Counted from the whole stretch's first letter, positions 28,549 to 39,953 are shown. The stretch is DNA of 60,444 nt, filler included, from Nitrospinae bacterium RIFCSPLOWO2_12_FULL_45_22 (GCA_001803565.1; 7 parts of 7 records of this genome joined end to end with filler, not necessarily neighbours in it); one strand, 5' to 3'. Numbers and translations are program-made. The notes: generated by a model not told the origin, from the sequence alone.

Positions 28549-30000
28549 ATGAAGAACAAGCCCGATAATTTTCACTTCCAGGCTAAAACAGCCCTCAATA
28601 ATCCATCCCTCCAACAAGCCCTCTCTAAGGCTACTACCCATATCTTAAACAAAAGAGCCAGGGCCATCCAGGAGCTTACCGATCTTGAAACCTTACGGGA
28701 TCGGGCCAGAAGGATTAAGGAGCAGACCATTGCCCAGCTCAACCACTACCTCCTCCAGTTAGAAAGCGAGGTCAGGAAGGCTGGTGGGAAGGTCTATTGG
28801 GCCAGAGAGGCCAGGGATGCCCAGAGATATATAGCTAAACTGGTAAAGCAAAAAAAGGCCCAACTGGTGGTTAAAGGCAAGTCTATGGTTAGCGAAGAGA
28901 TAGGCCTTAATGAATATTTAGAAAAGTTGGGGCTGGAAGTAGTAGAGACTGACCTGGGGGAATATATTGTCCAATTAGCCGGTGAAAGGCCTTCTCATAT
29001 TATTGCCCCAGCTATCCATAAATCCAGAGAAGAGGTGGCCTTGTTGTTCCAAAAAAAGCTGGGTACAAACCCTGAAGCCGAGATTAGTAAACTGACCCAG
29101 GTTGCCCGGGAGAGGTTGCGAGAAAAGTTCTTTCAGGCCGACATAGGTATTACTGGAGCTAATTTTGCTATAGCGGAAACGGGAACTATTGTCTTAGTAG
29201 AAAATGAGGGGAATATCCGTTTTACTACCTCTTTACCCCCAGTACATATTGTCCTGATGGGCATAGAAAAGGTAATACCTACCCTTGCCGATCTGGTAGT
29301 ATTTTTAAAGCTCTTGCCCAGAAGTGCTACCGGGCAAAAGCTACCTAGCTATGTCTCATTGATCACCGGCCCTCGCAGAGACGGAGAGAAGGATGGGCCC
29401 GAAGAACTTCACTTAATCATCCTGGATAATGGCCGCTCCCGCATCCTCTCAGAGCCGGCTTTAAGGGAATCCCTCTATTGCCTCCGGTGTGGCGCCTGCC
29501 TGAATATTTGCCCGGTCTACCAGAAAGTAGGCGGTCATGCCTATGGCTCAGTATATGCTGGCCCGATCGGTTCGGTTATTACTCCACCCCTGGTAGGCCT
29601 TTATCGGGCCCGGGCACTACCATATGCCTCTACCCTCTGTGGTGCCTGCCGGGATATCTGCCCGGTAAAGATCAATATACCGCATATGCTCCTCCAATTG
29701 CGGCAGGGCCTGAGCTACAGATGGAATAGGAACTTAATTAACCCCGGTTACTGGTTGGAGAAATTACTAACAATAACCTGGTCTATGGGCATGAAGGATG
29801 AAGGCAGATATAGGTTTGGCTCGAAGGTTGCCCGGTTGCTCCAAAGACCGTTTCTGAAAAAGCAAAAAATCTCTCACCTCCCCTACCCTTTCTCCCGCTG
29901 GACAAAGAGCCGGGACTTCACCCCTTTAGCAGCCAAACCCTTCAGGATCTGGTGGGAGGATAACCAGAGAAGCTCTAAGGATCATGAAAGAGCAGACTGA
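28549..30000 (+). CDS. lutB: Lactate utilization protein B (Fe-S)
   Basis: KGKSMVSEE, ETDLGEYIVQ, PSHIIAPAIH, CLRCGACLNICP, STLCGACRDICP. Confidence 0.93.
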   Translation: MKNKPDNFHFQAKTALNNPSLQQALSKATTHILNKRARAIQELTDLETLRDRARRIKEQTIAQLNHYLLQLESEVRKAGGKVYWAREARDAQRYIAKLVKQKKAQLVVKGKSMVSEEIGLNEYLEKLGLEVVETDLGEYIVQLAGERPSHIIAPAIHKSREEVALLFQKKLGTNPEAEISKLTQVARERLREKFFQADIGITGANFAIAETGTIVLVENEGNIRFTTSLPPVHIVLMGIEKVIPTLADLVVFLKLLPRSATGQKLPSYVSLITGPRRDGEKDGPEELHLIILDNGRSRILSEPALRESLYCLRCGACLNICPVYQKVGGHAYGSVYAGPIGSVITPPLVGLYRARALPYASTLCGACRDICPVKINIPHMLLQLRQGLSYRWNRNLINPGYWLEKLLTITWSMGMKDEGRYRFGSKVARLLQRPFLKKQKISHLPYPFSRWTKSRDFTPLAAKPFRIWWEDNQRSSKDHERAD

Positions 30001-30700
30001 TAAAACCAGGCTAAAGCTATTGAAAAGACTACAGAAGGCCCTGAATGCCTCACCCTCGGCAAATGTAGCTGCAGGGCCTTGCCCTGCCAGTAGCAGCAGG
30101 GCTTGCTCTGTTGCTACCCCTAATTTAATACCCCTATTGGAAGAAGAGATAACAAAAACGGGGGGAGTTTTTTATCTAGCCAGGGATAAAGAAGAAATTG
30201 CCCAATATTTGATAACCCTGGCAAAGAGGGTCAATGCCAAAACGATCATACGAGATAATTCCATTTTGCTACAGGGGCTAAAGCTGGATGGGGTGTTAAA
30301 TAACGAGGGCCTGCAGGTAATAATAGATTATTCCGGAACCAGGCCAGCAAAAGAGACCAACGAAGACAAAGCCGCCTGGCGCCAGCCGGCAAAGGATGCC
30401 GCGTTGGGTGTTACCAGCATCGAGTATATCCTGGCTGATACCGGCACAGTAGTAATAAAGAGCCGTCCCGGACTCAGTCGAACCTTATCCCTTGTCCCTC
30501 CTATCCATGTAGCTATTGGTGAGGAGCGACAAATCCTGCCCGGGTTGGAAGCCCTGTTTAGCCAGGGAGCTAATCTGCAACCTGGTAGCGCCGTCATATT
30601 TATTACTGGCCCCAGCCGCACCGCGGACATAGAACAGACCCTTACCATTGGTGTTCATGGCCCTATAGAATTCCACCTCATTCTCCTGCCAGACGAATAG
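29984..30700 (+). CDS. lutC: Lactate utilization protein C (LUD domain)
   Basis: ADTGT, SLVPPIH, ITGPSRTADIE, GVHGP. Confidence 0.9.
   Translation: MKEQTDKTRLKLLKRLQKALNASPSANVAAGPCPASSSRACSVATPNLIPLLEEEITKTGGVFYLARDKEEIAQYLITLAKRVNAKTIIRDNSILLQGLKLDGVLNNEGLQVIIDYSGTRPAKETNEDKAAWRQPAKDAALGVTSIEYILADTGTVVIKSRPGLSRTLSLVPPIHVAIGEERQILPGLEALFSQGANLQPGSAVIFITGPSRTADIEQTLTIGVHGPIEFHLILLPDE
30065..30117. repeat. GTAG-type REP-like element translated inside lutC
   Basis: GTAGCTGCAGGGCCTTGCCCTGC...GCAGGGCTTGCTCTGTTGCTAC; related half-copy at 28505-28527. Confidence 0.6.
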
Positions 30701-30795
30701 TATTTTTAGTATTTTGACATCGTCTCTTTAGCTGCTATAATTATACCCTTCTAGCAAGACTGCTAGCACAATTTCAACACCATCTCTTATGAAAA

Positions 30796-31160
30796 ATGCT
30801 GATAGGCAAGGAGGGAGATAGATTGCGCCTCATAAAAACAGTCCTATTTTGTGCCCTTATTTTTCATATCTTATGGAGTGAGAGCCCGCCGGTAGCCAGG
30901 TCTCAGGAACCGATTAACAATACCAGGCTCTGGGTTTTCAAAAGCCAACGGGAGTTATGGTTAATAAAAGGCGGAAAAGTAAAGAAGGTGTATCACATCT
31001 CCCTGGGAAGAAACTCTAAAGGGCCAAAGCTGCATAAAGGAGATAACCGCACCCCGGAAGGGGAATATTTTATCTCAGAGAAAAAGATAAACACACCCTT
31101 TCACCGCTTTCTAGCCCTGAGTTATCCCAATATAACGGATGCTGACCAGGCATTAGAAAG
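30796..31160 (+). CDS. L,D-transpeptidase family protein, 3' truncated
   Basis: VFKSQREL, YHISLG, GPK..GDNRTPEGEY, LSYPN. Confidence 0.85.
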
Positions 31161-31260
31161 NNNNNNNNNNNNNNNNNNNNNNNNNNNNNNNNNNNNNNNN
31201 NNNNTTAATTAATTAANNNNNNNNNNNNNNNNNNNNNNNNNNNNNNNNNNNNNNNNNNNN
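31161..31260. other. Artificial contig linker
   Basis: N run + TTAATTAATTAA + N run. Confidence 0.98.
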
Positions 31261-34200
31261 AAGTCCAGCAATCCCCGGGAAACTCGCTAGTAGCTAATGG
31301 GTCATTGGGCCAGCCCGGGGCAATAAACTGAAATATTACTGATTCAGGCCGTGGCTGATGTCCTTTCTGCCCTTCTCTTAAATAGTCAGAGCCCAGTAAG
31401 ATATAGATAGGCGGTTGAAGCCGTTGGGCCCGTATGGCGGCCTCTGTCAAGTCTCGGTCCTCTTTTTTTGGTGAGGTACCGGCCTTAAATTTATAATCTA
31501 TTATGCGAAACAGGATAGTAGAATTCTGTTTCTTGATATCAATCCGGTCTAAGCGACCATGCATCGCTAAACCGCTCAATATCTCCTGGCCTGAGCCAGG
31601 AAAACCAGCCTGGGCTTCTATCTCAAAATATGTTGGTACGAAACCCGACTCGGCCAAACTTCCTAAATCCTTTTCTATCAATCGCTGTAAGGTATCTCTG
31701 GCTCCCTCTTGCCAGACCTCCCATAATACTGGATAACGTATGGGATGACCCTGCGCAAACTCCTGGAAGGTCTCATTAGTGACCTGTTCCAGTATCTGAT
31801 AAATATCTATCTTTCCTTTATCTGTCTGAAAGTACTGGAATTGAGCGAGGCGGTTATAAAATAGGCATAAGACCTGGTGATACAATTGGCCTTCTTCGGC
31901 TGGCTCCAGACCCAAAATAGTCTCAGGTCTCTCCAGGGGCTTGAGCTGTAAGGCTTGCTGGGCAAAATATCTAAACGGGCACTGGGCATAAAGTTCCAGG
32001 GCAGTAGGGGACGGGCCTTTCTGAGTAATAGTATCCCAATAACCGGCTAAGGGGCCGGTCCAACCATCCCTAGAGGTTAGTTCCTGTCGGGCCTTTTCCA
32101 GGATCATCAAGGTTTCCCGACCATGCAGGAGGAGGCCAGGAGCCATGTCTAGCTCCTGCAATAAAGGCAACACTTCTTTATCTTGCAGGAGGAGGAGCAT
32201 AGCCAGCTCTTTGGGGGTTAACAGGGATGTCTGGTAATAGGGAGAGGTTTTGTGTTTATCCAGCCATTGTCGTGGGATAGCCTCTTCTACTGCCTTCATC
32301 GTCCCTACAGCAATCCTTCTGCCCCATAGGGTCCGCCCCAGCTCATCTAAGTACCAGGAAGGGACGAGGGGGCGGCCAGACTGATCAGACCTCTGATATA
32401 AGCAATACACACGATCAGATGCGGCATTTAATAATAGATAGAATAGGAGTTTCTCTTCTTCATAGCCCAGCATTTTCTCTGGTATCTTATACCCGAGGCC
32501 AGCCTCTAGAGTACGCCTTGCACTATCTCGCAAGAGGGCATCTTCCTGAATATAGCGGGGGAAGACCTTTTCATTCAAACCAATAATAAAAAGGATTTTA
32601 AAAGGGATGCCCCGGGCAGCCATAGCATCCAATACCTGTACACCAGCAATATTCTCAGCGCCTAATTTGATGCTGGCCCTTTCCAGGGTCTGTTGAAGGG
32701 CGGTGATAAATACTTCAAGGGATACCGAGGGGGTGAAGAGGTCTCGTTGCCTGAGGGAGTCCAATGCCGCCGTCAATCTCTTGCCTACTTCTATCTCCGG
32801 CTCTAGCTCTTGGCCTATCTCTCGCTGGAAGCCCGGTAAGTCCAGGTATCTGTCAATAATGACCCGGAAACTATCTACGTAGCTATGCCAGGGGGCGGTA
32901 GCGGGTAGGGCAGAAAAGTCCTTTTCCAACGAATAAACTATGTTCCAGAGCCCTTGTACTTCCAGTGCAGTCAAATTCCAGTGTTCTTCTTCACCATTTT
33001 CTCCTTCACGAAATTCAATACCTGATTGAAGGAATCGCTCCAGGCTGCGCCACTCTTCCATTCCCTTAGTGATTGATAGGCGGCGGCTCAGGATATCCCA
33101 GTAATCTGGCCGGGGCTTTATTCCGGGCGGGCAAAAATCTTCTCCCTTGAAATAGGGGGACGAGACCAGCTCTATCAGATAGGGCCGATAATAGTCGTCG
33201 GTTATCAATAGGCAGAGGAAGTTAATTGCTTTAGTCATAGGGTAGAGGGAAACGGGCTCTTCGGCAGAGGAGCAGAAAGGTATATTATGAGCCCGGAATA
33301 TGCGGGCAATAAGAGGTACATAACCCTCCAAGCCCCGTGCGGTTACGCCAATCTGACTGAACATATATCCTTCTTCCACCAGACGGCAGACCTCTTTAGC
33401 TACGGTCAGGACTTCATCTTCCGCACCAGATGCGGTAATAATTTTACAGGCCGCCAGAGCAGGGGGGGCCTCTTCGGGATGGTCTACAAAAAAGCGATCC
33501 AGAACGCTATCCAGGCAGTTGGGCTGCGGACTCTTTGGTAGTTTAACCAGGGCTTTAGAGTCGCTTATTATCCCATGGATATAGCGTTTGAAGAATAGTT
33601 CCGCAAAGAGGAAGGCCGGATGACCCTCCCGCAGCGGGAAAAACAGCGTAGTAGGATAATGACTGGCTATAGCCCTAAAGAAATCCAGTTGCAACTGGGT
33701 CAGGTCATAAAAGCCATAGTATAGAATATGGTGCAACTTTTCCAGAAATTTTGCCCCGGGTACCATATGGGTAGCTAACCGCGTCAGGTCTGAAACTTCC
33801 ATAAATTCTAAATTATTTTGGCTGATGGCCATTCTTTCATAAAGCTCAAAGATAGCCCCCAGGGTGCGGCTGCTGTCCTCACCCTCTAAAAACCCTTCTT
33901 TTAATGCCTCAAGTATAGTCGCAATATCTATATCAGCATCGTTAAGGTCCCGTAAAGTAGCCCTCAGGGCAGCACTACCGCCAGCCGTATCTGTGAGGGC
34001 CCGCAAAGGGTTATCCGGTGGGAAATAAGATTTGAGGCAATGTCGGATAAAGTCTTCAAAGAATAACTCATCCTGGATTAATTGATCTGGTATGCCTTGC
34101 TCATCCTGATATATCCTGATGGCCAATTGGTAGAAATCGAGAAAATAAGTATTTATGAGCGACAGCCCTTTTTCTGCCACCAGCAGCGTCTTTAGCCGCC

Positions 34201-34330
34201 AGCAGAGCCGATGAGAAGGGGCTATCAAGGCGATAGGACATAAAGGATCAACTTGCTTCAAGTCCGATACTTTTTTTACTAAGGCCTCTTCTAGCTCGGG
34301 ATGGAAAGGACCAATAAATACCTCTAGCAC
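31261..34330 (-). CDS. AddB/RexB-like PD-(D/E)XK nuclease, 3' truncated
   Basis: YGFYDLT, ARGIPF..IGLNE..FP, SPTALELYAQCPFRYF, GRLDRID, IIDYK. Confidence 0.85.
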
Positions 34331-34338
34331 TTATATTA

Positions 34339-35124
34339 TCACTCCACAATAATCTTTAGGTATAAATCACCCGGTAACTGGGCCCCTTTGCCGGTCAGGC
34401 CTTTACCCTTGAGCCTCATTCTGGTGCTAGAGCTTATACCAGCGGGTATCTTTACCTTAAGCCTTTCGGTCGTACCATCTCGTTGGAAGGCGATCAGTTT
34501 CTGGCAGCCAGCTTGAGCCTCCTGGGGGGTGATATAGAGGATAAAATTCAAATCAGGGCCCGGGGTCACTTTTGGAAGGCTGGCATACTCCTTCCCGGTT
34601 AGCTTGGCTAGGAGATAATTAGCGGTCTTTTTAGCTAATTTGGTAAAAGTGCCTCCTGGAAAAAGTGGCCTGGCGATTGGGCGCTCAGAGTTAGGCCTGG
34701 GCTCTCTCAGGCCCAATGGACCAAAAAATACGAAACCAAAGAAAAAGCCTTTCCCACCAAAGAAGAGATTATCAATAAACCTGGTATCAAACCTTAATCC
34801 CCTGCGGCTAAATTCCCGGAACAGATCCTGAAACACATCGCCCGCATAAGGGTTCTGGAACAGGTCTCTAAAGATGTCCTCTGCACGATGATCAAAGTCC
34901 CGCATATACCCCTGGCTGCGCCACTGGTCATACCTCTTCCTCTTTTCTCTGTCAATAAGGGCACCATAGGCTTCACTGATTTCTTTAAACTTCTCTTCCG
35001 CACTTTTGTCACCCGGGTTCCTATCCGGGTGATGCTTCAAGGCCAACTGCCTATATGCCTTCTTTATCTCTTCATCTGTAGCATCCCTATCTACCCCAAG
35101 GATCTGATAATAATCTTTAGACAT
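34339..35124 (-). CDS. J-domain co-chaperone (CbpA-like, no Zn finger)
   Basis: [13 protein letters not shown]-terminal KVKIPAG..RLKGKG..GDLYL. Confidence 0.9.
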   Translation of the reverse strand: MSKDYYQILGVDRDATDEEIKKAYRQLALKHHPDRNPGDKSAEEKFKEISEAYGALIDREKRKRYDQWRSQGYMRDFDHRAEDIFRDLFQNPYAGDVFQDLFREFSRRGLRFDTRFIDNLFFGGKGFFFGFVFFGPLGLREPRPNSERPIARPLFPGGTFTKLAKKTANYLLAKLTGKEYASLPKVTPGPDLNFILYITPQEAQAGCQKLIAFQRDGTTERLKVKIPAGISSSTRMRLKGKGLTGKGAQLPGDLYLKIIVE

Positions 35125-35170
35125 ATAACCCCGCATCAGTTTACTCCCGCCTTATTCCTTTGAAAATACC

Positions 35171-35217
35171 CCCTCCCCCTAACCCTCTCCCCACGGGGGA
35201 GAGGATTGAGGTGAGGG
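35171..35217. repeat. CCCTCTCCC..GGGAGAGG palindromic element
   Basis: CCCTCCCCCTAACCCTCTCCCCACGGGGGAGAGGATTGAGGTGAGGG. Confidence 0.55.
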
Positions 35218-35237
35218 AGCTCAATTTTTTATCTGTT

Positions 35238-35369
35238 TCAACCTATCTGAACACTTTGCCTGTATCTATTCTTCCATTCATCAAAATCCCAGTGGATTAG
35301 AAATGTTCTGGCAGCCTCCTCACCATTCTTAAATAGTGCCTGACTTTGCTCCCGGGTAATATCGAAATC
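35238..35369 (-). pseudogene. C-terminal remnant resembling a patatin-like protein
   Basis: DFDITREQSQALFKNGEEAARTFL..WDFDEWK; no upstream part. Confidence 0.5.
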
Positions 35370-35416
35370 TGGTAACCATTTAGCCACAAAAAGGCACAGA
35401 AAGGGGCAAGAAAATG

Positions 35417-36592
35417 TCACAAGGTACCTTTCCGCTCGTTGGACTTCTTGCCCATAAGTATTTCCAGGAAGGCCTGAATGCGGGTCTTTATTTGGCCACT
35501 GCCACCCATGCCATATTCGACATCTAATTCCAGCACCGGTATCCCCATAGCTTCTAATTTCTCCCGGAGTAATGGCTGATCATGGCTATAAGGTGCACAA
35601 TGACGGATAAGCTGAGCTATCATCCCATCTACCCGATATTCTCTTACCAGCTCGAAAATCTTATTAAAACGGTTATCATAGGGTACCATGCGGGCACAGG
35701 GGAATTTATTGAGATATCGATATGAAATGGCTTCCAGAGGATCAGGATGGGAGGTATCTATCGGATCTAACCAATAACTGGTGCCCATACAGAGTTCATC
35801 TATCACTACTAAGGCCCCTTGCTCCTCAATAGCCCTGATGAATTCCGGGTTATTGAGGGGGCTGCCACTTATCATGAGCCTTACTGAACCATTTACCCTG
35901 CGATTAGTTGACTGGAGTTCATCTAAAAGTCTCTCCAAAAGCCCATTATATTTATCCCTTGGCATCCTAAAGCCAGCATTGAGTAGCTCCATTGTTTCAG
36001 CTCCGGAGATAGACGGCCTATCAGCTTTCCTGGTCTCATAAAGTTTCAGTAATAGTTCCCTGGTTTTATTGAAGAGCTTTATAGCATCCCATAAGCTCTC
36101 CTGGGTAATCCTAACCTTAAAATGCTCTTCCAACTTATCCTTCAACCCTTTAATCTCCAGGCAATAGAGTTGGTGTGCCTCGGCAGTCATTTTTCTCGGC
36201 ACGGTAAGGGTATGGATAAGAGGGATATGTCCTATATATTGCCCCCAAATATCAGCCAGCCTCCTTGAGCCATCACAAGTAGCACTAGAAATATAGCCAT
36301 CTAGAAAATCATATTTTCCTATCAAGGCTAACTGTAAGCAGGAGCGGCAAAAAGAGCAAGTAGTGATGTAAAGATAAGAATCGGCATCGCCTAGCTCCAT
36401 CTCCCGGTAAAAATCTCCTGTTATCCTTATAGGCAATGCCCCCGCCGCCCAGATAATCTCTCCTGGCACATAATTACATTGGAAGGCTACCACTTTTCTC
36501 CCTTGCTCCTTCCAATCCTTTATGGGCCTGGTAAAAGGTGAGTCAGCGTTTATATTCTTTACCTCGGCTATGGTGCTCAATTCCTGCATCAT
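35417..36592 (-). CDS. 2-hydroxyacyl-CoA dehydratase / benzoyl-CoA reductase-family subunit
   Basis: CNYVPGEII, TCSFCRSC, TCDGSRR, ELCMG, KTRIQAFLE. Confidence 0.88.
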   Translation of the reverse strand: MMQELSTIAEVKNINADSPFTRPIKDWKEQGRKVVAFQCNYVPGEIIWAAGALPIRITGDFYREMELGDADSYLYITTCSFCRSCLQLALIGKYDFLDGYISSATCDGSRRLADIWGQYIGHIPLIHTLTVPRKMTAEAHQLYCLEIKGLKDKLEEHFKVRITQESLWDAIKLFNKTRELLLKLYETRKADRPSISGAETMELLNAGFRMPRDKYNGLLERLLDELQSTNRRVNGSVRLMISGSPLNNPEFIRAIEEQGALVVIDELCMGTSYWLDPIDTSHPDPLEAISYRYLNKFPCARMVPYDNRFNKIFELVREYRVDGMIAQLIRHCAPYSHDQPLLREKLEAMGIPVLELDVEYGMGGSGQIKTRIQAFLEILMGKKSNERKGTL

Positions 36593-36660
36593 TTTAATTT
36601 CTCCTTCCTTTTTTGAACATAAGCCATCAGTTATCAGCCATTAGCCTTGAGGCAGGTACT

Positions 36661-37935
36661 CTATAGCTCTAATCTCTCCAGGAAACTTTCTATCTTCTCC
36701 TGCATCTCTTCTATGGAGGCAAAAGATGGATCGGATACATCCATATCTAATACCAGGGTAGGGATAGTTGCCTCCCGCACCAGAGCATCTTTTAAGACCC
36801 TTGCCATGGCATTACCCTGCCGGCATCCGGCGGTAGCCCAAAATATAACCCCATTAACTCGAAACTCTACCGCTTCTTTTACTACCATATTTACTGCCGG
36901 CTCGATCGGACCATTTACATAACGAAAATAAGGACTAGCATAACAACATTTATGGGCTAAGGTGATAAGCGGCTGCGAAAGGTCTATTGCTTCGGGCTGC
37001 CAGCAGAAATCAAATGGGGCAGAGACTAACGCAGCACCCTTCTCCCTCTGGAGCCAATTTACTAATTTCCAATCATAGTTTACCGGGGTACATAAAGAGA
37101 GGAGGCGATAGATCTCCGGGCAAGGGAGCTCTTGCCGCTCTTGTCTATTTTCTATATCTTCCAAAACCGTCTTAGAGAAGCTAAGCCCTTCAGGCAGCCC
37201 CTCATAAAGCCAGTTTATGAGGAAGAATTGATTAATATATCTATTAAGGAGAGGGGATGGGATTGATTTTCCCCGCTCATATATGGTCCTTTGAATTTCT
37301 ATAGTCTTTGCGGATATTTCTATTGCATAACGGAGCCGATCCAAATCAGGTCCTTTTCCGGTAACCTGAGATAAAAATTCTATTACTCCCTCCAACTGCT
37401 GCACAAAGTAATCTATATGAGTCTGCTGAAGAAAGCCACCGCGGGGAAACTCAGCAAAGAAGATGGGGCTTTCATATACCTTGCAGATAGCTTGCTCGCT
37501 TTTTCCTACATTGTCGCACAGGGTCACAGCTACTACACCTGCTTTGGGTTTAGGTAAGAAGCCCTGCATAAGGGCCGCCAGTGTGAGCCGATGGGCAGAA
37601 CAAAGCTCCCAGGGCAAGCCATAACTCCTGCTAGTATCAAAGGCTTCATCATAACCTTTTAGCATAGCTACTGATGCCGTGGAAATCATCTCTGGGTGGT
37701 AGGGTACTAAATCGAAGGCATAAAGAATTTCATTAGGGATAAAGGCACCATAGGCAACAAGGGGTTTATCTTCCTCTACCGCATCCAATATCCCCTTAAA
37801 GTAATTAAGCATTAGCTCATAATATAATTCATCGCTCCTTGCCTCGGTAGGATGAGACTTCCTATGCTGTAGAATAGCTCCTAGGCGATTTACTGCCATC
37901 CTAAGTTTAGACGGATCAAAAGTCACCCTGGGCAT
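36661..37935 (-). CDS. 2-hydroxyacyl-CoA dehydratase / benzoyl-CoA reductase-family subunit
   Basis: PNEILYAFD, ELCSAH, LCDNVGK, GCRQ, IPTLVLDMD..D, IESFLE. Confidence 0.85.
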   Translation of the reverse strand: MPRVTFDPSKLRMAVNRLGAILQHRKSHPTEARSDELYYELMLNYFKGILDAVEEDKPLVAYGAFIPNEILYAFDLVPYHPEMISTASVAMLKGYDEAFDTSRSYGLPWELCSAHRLTLAALMQGFLPKPKAGVVAVTLCDNVGKSEQAICKVYESPIFFAEFPRGGFLQQTHIDYFVQQLEGVIEFLSQVTGKGPDLDRLRYAIEISAKTIEIQRTIYERGKSIPSPLLNRYINQFFLINWLYEGLPEGLSFSKTVLEDIENRQERQELPCPEIYRLLSLCTPVNYDWKLVNWLQREKGAALVSAPFDFCWQPEAIDLSQPLITLAHKCCYASPYFRYVNGPIEPAVNMVVKEAVEFRVNGVIFWATAGCRQGNAMARVLKDALVREATIPTLVLDMDVSDPSFASIEEMQEKIESFLERLEL

Positions 37936-37974
37936 CTTTAAGGCCTCCTCTTATAATTTTTGATCTTACCAACC

Positions 37975-38847
37975 TTACAAAATGGTTAGTCCTGCCTGGC
38001 GCCTACCTGCTGCAGGCAGGGCAGACAGGTCTTCATAAACTCTTTCTGCCATCATACGCTTTATCATATGGATATATGCTTCAATACCAGGCGGCAATGG
38101 CCTTTGATACAAGCTCTCCATTCCACATATTTTCTCTATCACCTCTTCTTTCTCCATCCCAGCATCTATAGCCTTTTGCATCTCTCCCATATACATTTCA
38201 ATATATTCTCCCATAGGCCCTAGTACTTCCTTCCCACACACTTCACCATGGCCCGGAACAATATGATCTATCTCCATATTCTTGATAACTTCCAGGGAAT
38301 TGAGCCATTCTTTGGGCTTGGCTTGATGGAGGAATACCTGGATATTATTGAAGACATTATCTCCCGTAAATACGACTTTCTCATTAGGAATGTATACAGC
38401 TATTTCATTGGGAGTATGGCCTGGCAGGTGGATCAACTCTATGATATGTTCAGCTAGATATAGGGTTAACCGATGAGTGAATGTTATTGTGGGTGGATTG
38501 GGTTGATAGTTTTCCATAAGATGTAACCCATCAGGGTCTATTTCTTGAATTCTTTGTTTTAATTCCTCCATACTCCCTAATGACATAGAGAACAGATCTT
38601 TTGTCCCCTGGTGGGCTATGACCGGAATAGGGAAAAAGGCATTCCCGGTGATATGATCCTGATGGTTCTCAGTATTGATGATATAGAGGGGTTGGCCATA
38701 TTTTGTTATCTCGTCTTTCCATTTGATGGCATCACTCGGTCGCTGTGGGGTATCGATCATAACCACCCCCTGGCCTGTGATAATAAAACCTGGGTTGCAA
38801 CCCCTGAAAGCCGTTTCAGCAAATACATTCCGAGTTATTCTCTCCAT
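37975..38847 (-). CDS. MBL-fold metallo-hydrolase (cyclase-like)
   Basis: INTENHQDHITGN, PGHT, FTGD, VPGHG. Confidence 0.88.
   Translation of the reverse strand: MERITRNVFAETAFRGCNPGFIITGQGVVMIDTPQRPSDAIKWKDEITKYGQPLYIINTENHQDHITGNAFFPIPVIAHQGTKDLFSMSLGSMEELKQRIQEIDPDGLHLMENYQPNPPTITFTHRLTLYLAEHIIELIHLPGHTPNEIAVYIPNEKVVFTGDNVFNNIQVFLHQAKPKEWLNSLEVIKNMEIDHIVPGHGEVCGKEVLGPMGEYIEMYMGEMQKAIDAGMEKEEVIEKICGMESLYQRPLPPGIEAYIHMIKRMMAERVYEDLSALPAAGRRQAGLTIL
37991..38029. repeat. 39-bp nested CCTGYCTG...CAGRCAGG insertion, in frame
   Basis: CCTGCCTGGCG[CCTACCTGCTGCAGGCAGG]GCAGACAGG, adds LSALPAAGRRQAG. Confidence 0.75.
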
Positions 38848-38865
38848 GACTTGCCCTCCCAACCC

Positions 38866-39288
38866 TCATTTACGGAATACCGCCCTAGCTGCTCCATGCT
38901 CTTCTTGATATTCACACAATTCAATCATCATCCCAAAAGAATCTTTCGGATGGAATTGGGCTTCTTTGATACCGCCGAGATCAATCCTTCCGACTAACCG
39001 CAAGCCTTTTGCTTGTAACTCGGCGATGGCCTCATCCAGATTCGGTACTTTGAAAGATATGGCATGGAGTCCCTCTCCGCGCTGATCGATAAACTTTGCT
39101 ATGATTCCTTCAGGCGAGGTAGATTGGATTATTTCCAATCCCAAGGGATCCAAGACGGATTTTAGATCAAATTTCTCTGCATGAATAACCGAACTAAATT
39201 TTGTTCCCAGGATATCAGAAAAAAATCTTATGGCTTTTTCTAAATCTTTAACGGCTATATGGATATGGTCGATTTTTTCTACTTTCAT
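38866..39288 (-). CDS. VOC-family protein (methylmalonyl-CoA epimerase-like)
   Basis: IDHIHIAVKDL, GEGLHAISF, FHPKD..GMMIELCE. Confidence 0.85.
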   Translation of the reverse strand: MKVEKIDHIHIAVKDLEKAIRFFSDILGTKFSSVIHAEKFDLKSVLDPLGLEIIQSTSPEGIIAKFIDQRGEGLHAISFKVPNLDEAIAELQAKGLRLVGRIDLGGIKEAQFHPKDSFGMMIELCEYQEEHGAARAVFRK

Positions 39289-39599
39289 CCTTAATTCCCT
39301 CCCGTCATTACAGTTAAAAGAAATCCTGCAACAAAATAATACCTCTATAATAACTCTTTATAGGGTTCGAAACCAATATTTTTTATAGCTGAACATTTCT
39401 CAAAAATTACAAAACCAAATAGCATCAGCTTATTTACCGCTATTTATAGTTTGTAATTCTTTTCTCATTTACATATATATATATGCCAAAATGGCTGATG
39501 GTATAGTAAAATAGGTGTGAGATAGAAAGGCCGTATTTATTTTTAGATGCCACAAAAGAGAAAATAGCTTTTAGGGCTCTACTAACCCGAATTGGAATC

Positions 39600-39953
39600 A
39601 TGATCAGGAATTATGAGGCATTTATACAAGGTTGGAAAAGGCGATTAGAATGGGAGCAGAAGGGGCAGAAAAAATTGATCTCTTTCGCCCTAGAAAATGC
39701 CAAAAAAGCAGCTCAGATTCTCATTTCGGAATATGGGGCGAAAGAAGTATACCTCTTCGGCTCTTTAACTCACGAGGAAAATTTTTCATCTAGGTCTGAT
39801 ATAGACCTGGCTGTTACAGGATTAGAACCGTCTTTTTACTATGATGCTATAGGCCGTATTCTACAAGAAATAGAGTTTGATCTAAACTTGATACCCCTAG
39901 AAACCTGTAAGCCATCTTTTCGAGATAGAATCTTGCAGGAAGGCAGATTATTA
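39600..39953 (+). CDS. Minimal nucleotidyltransferase (MNT) antitoxin, ends at contig break
   Basis: VYLFGS...SDIDLAV. Confidence 0.85.
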
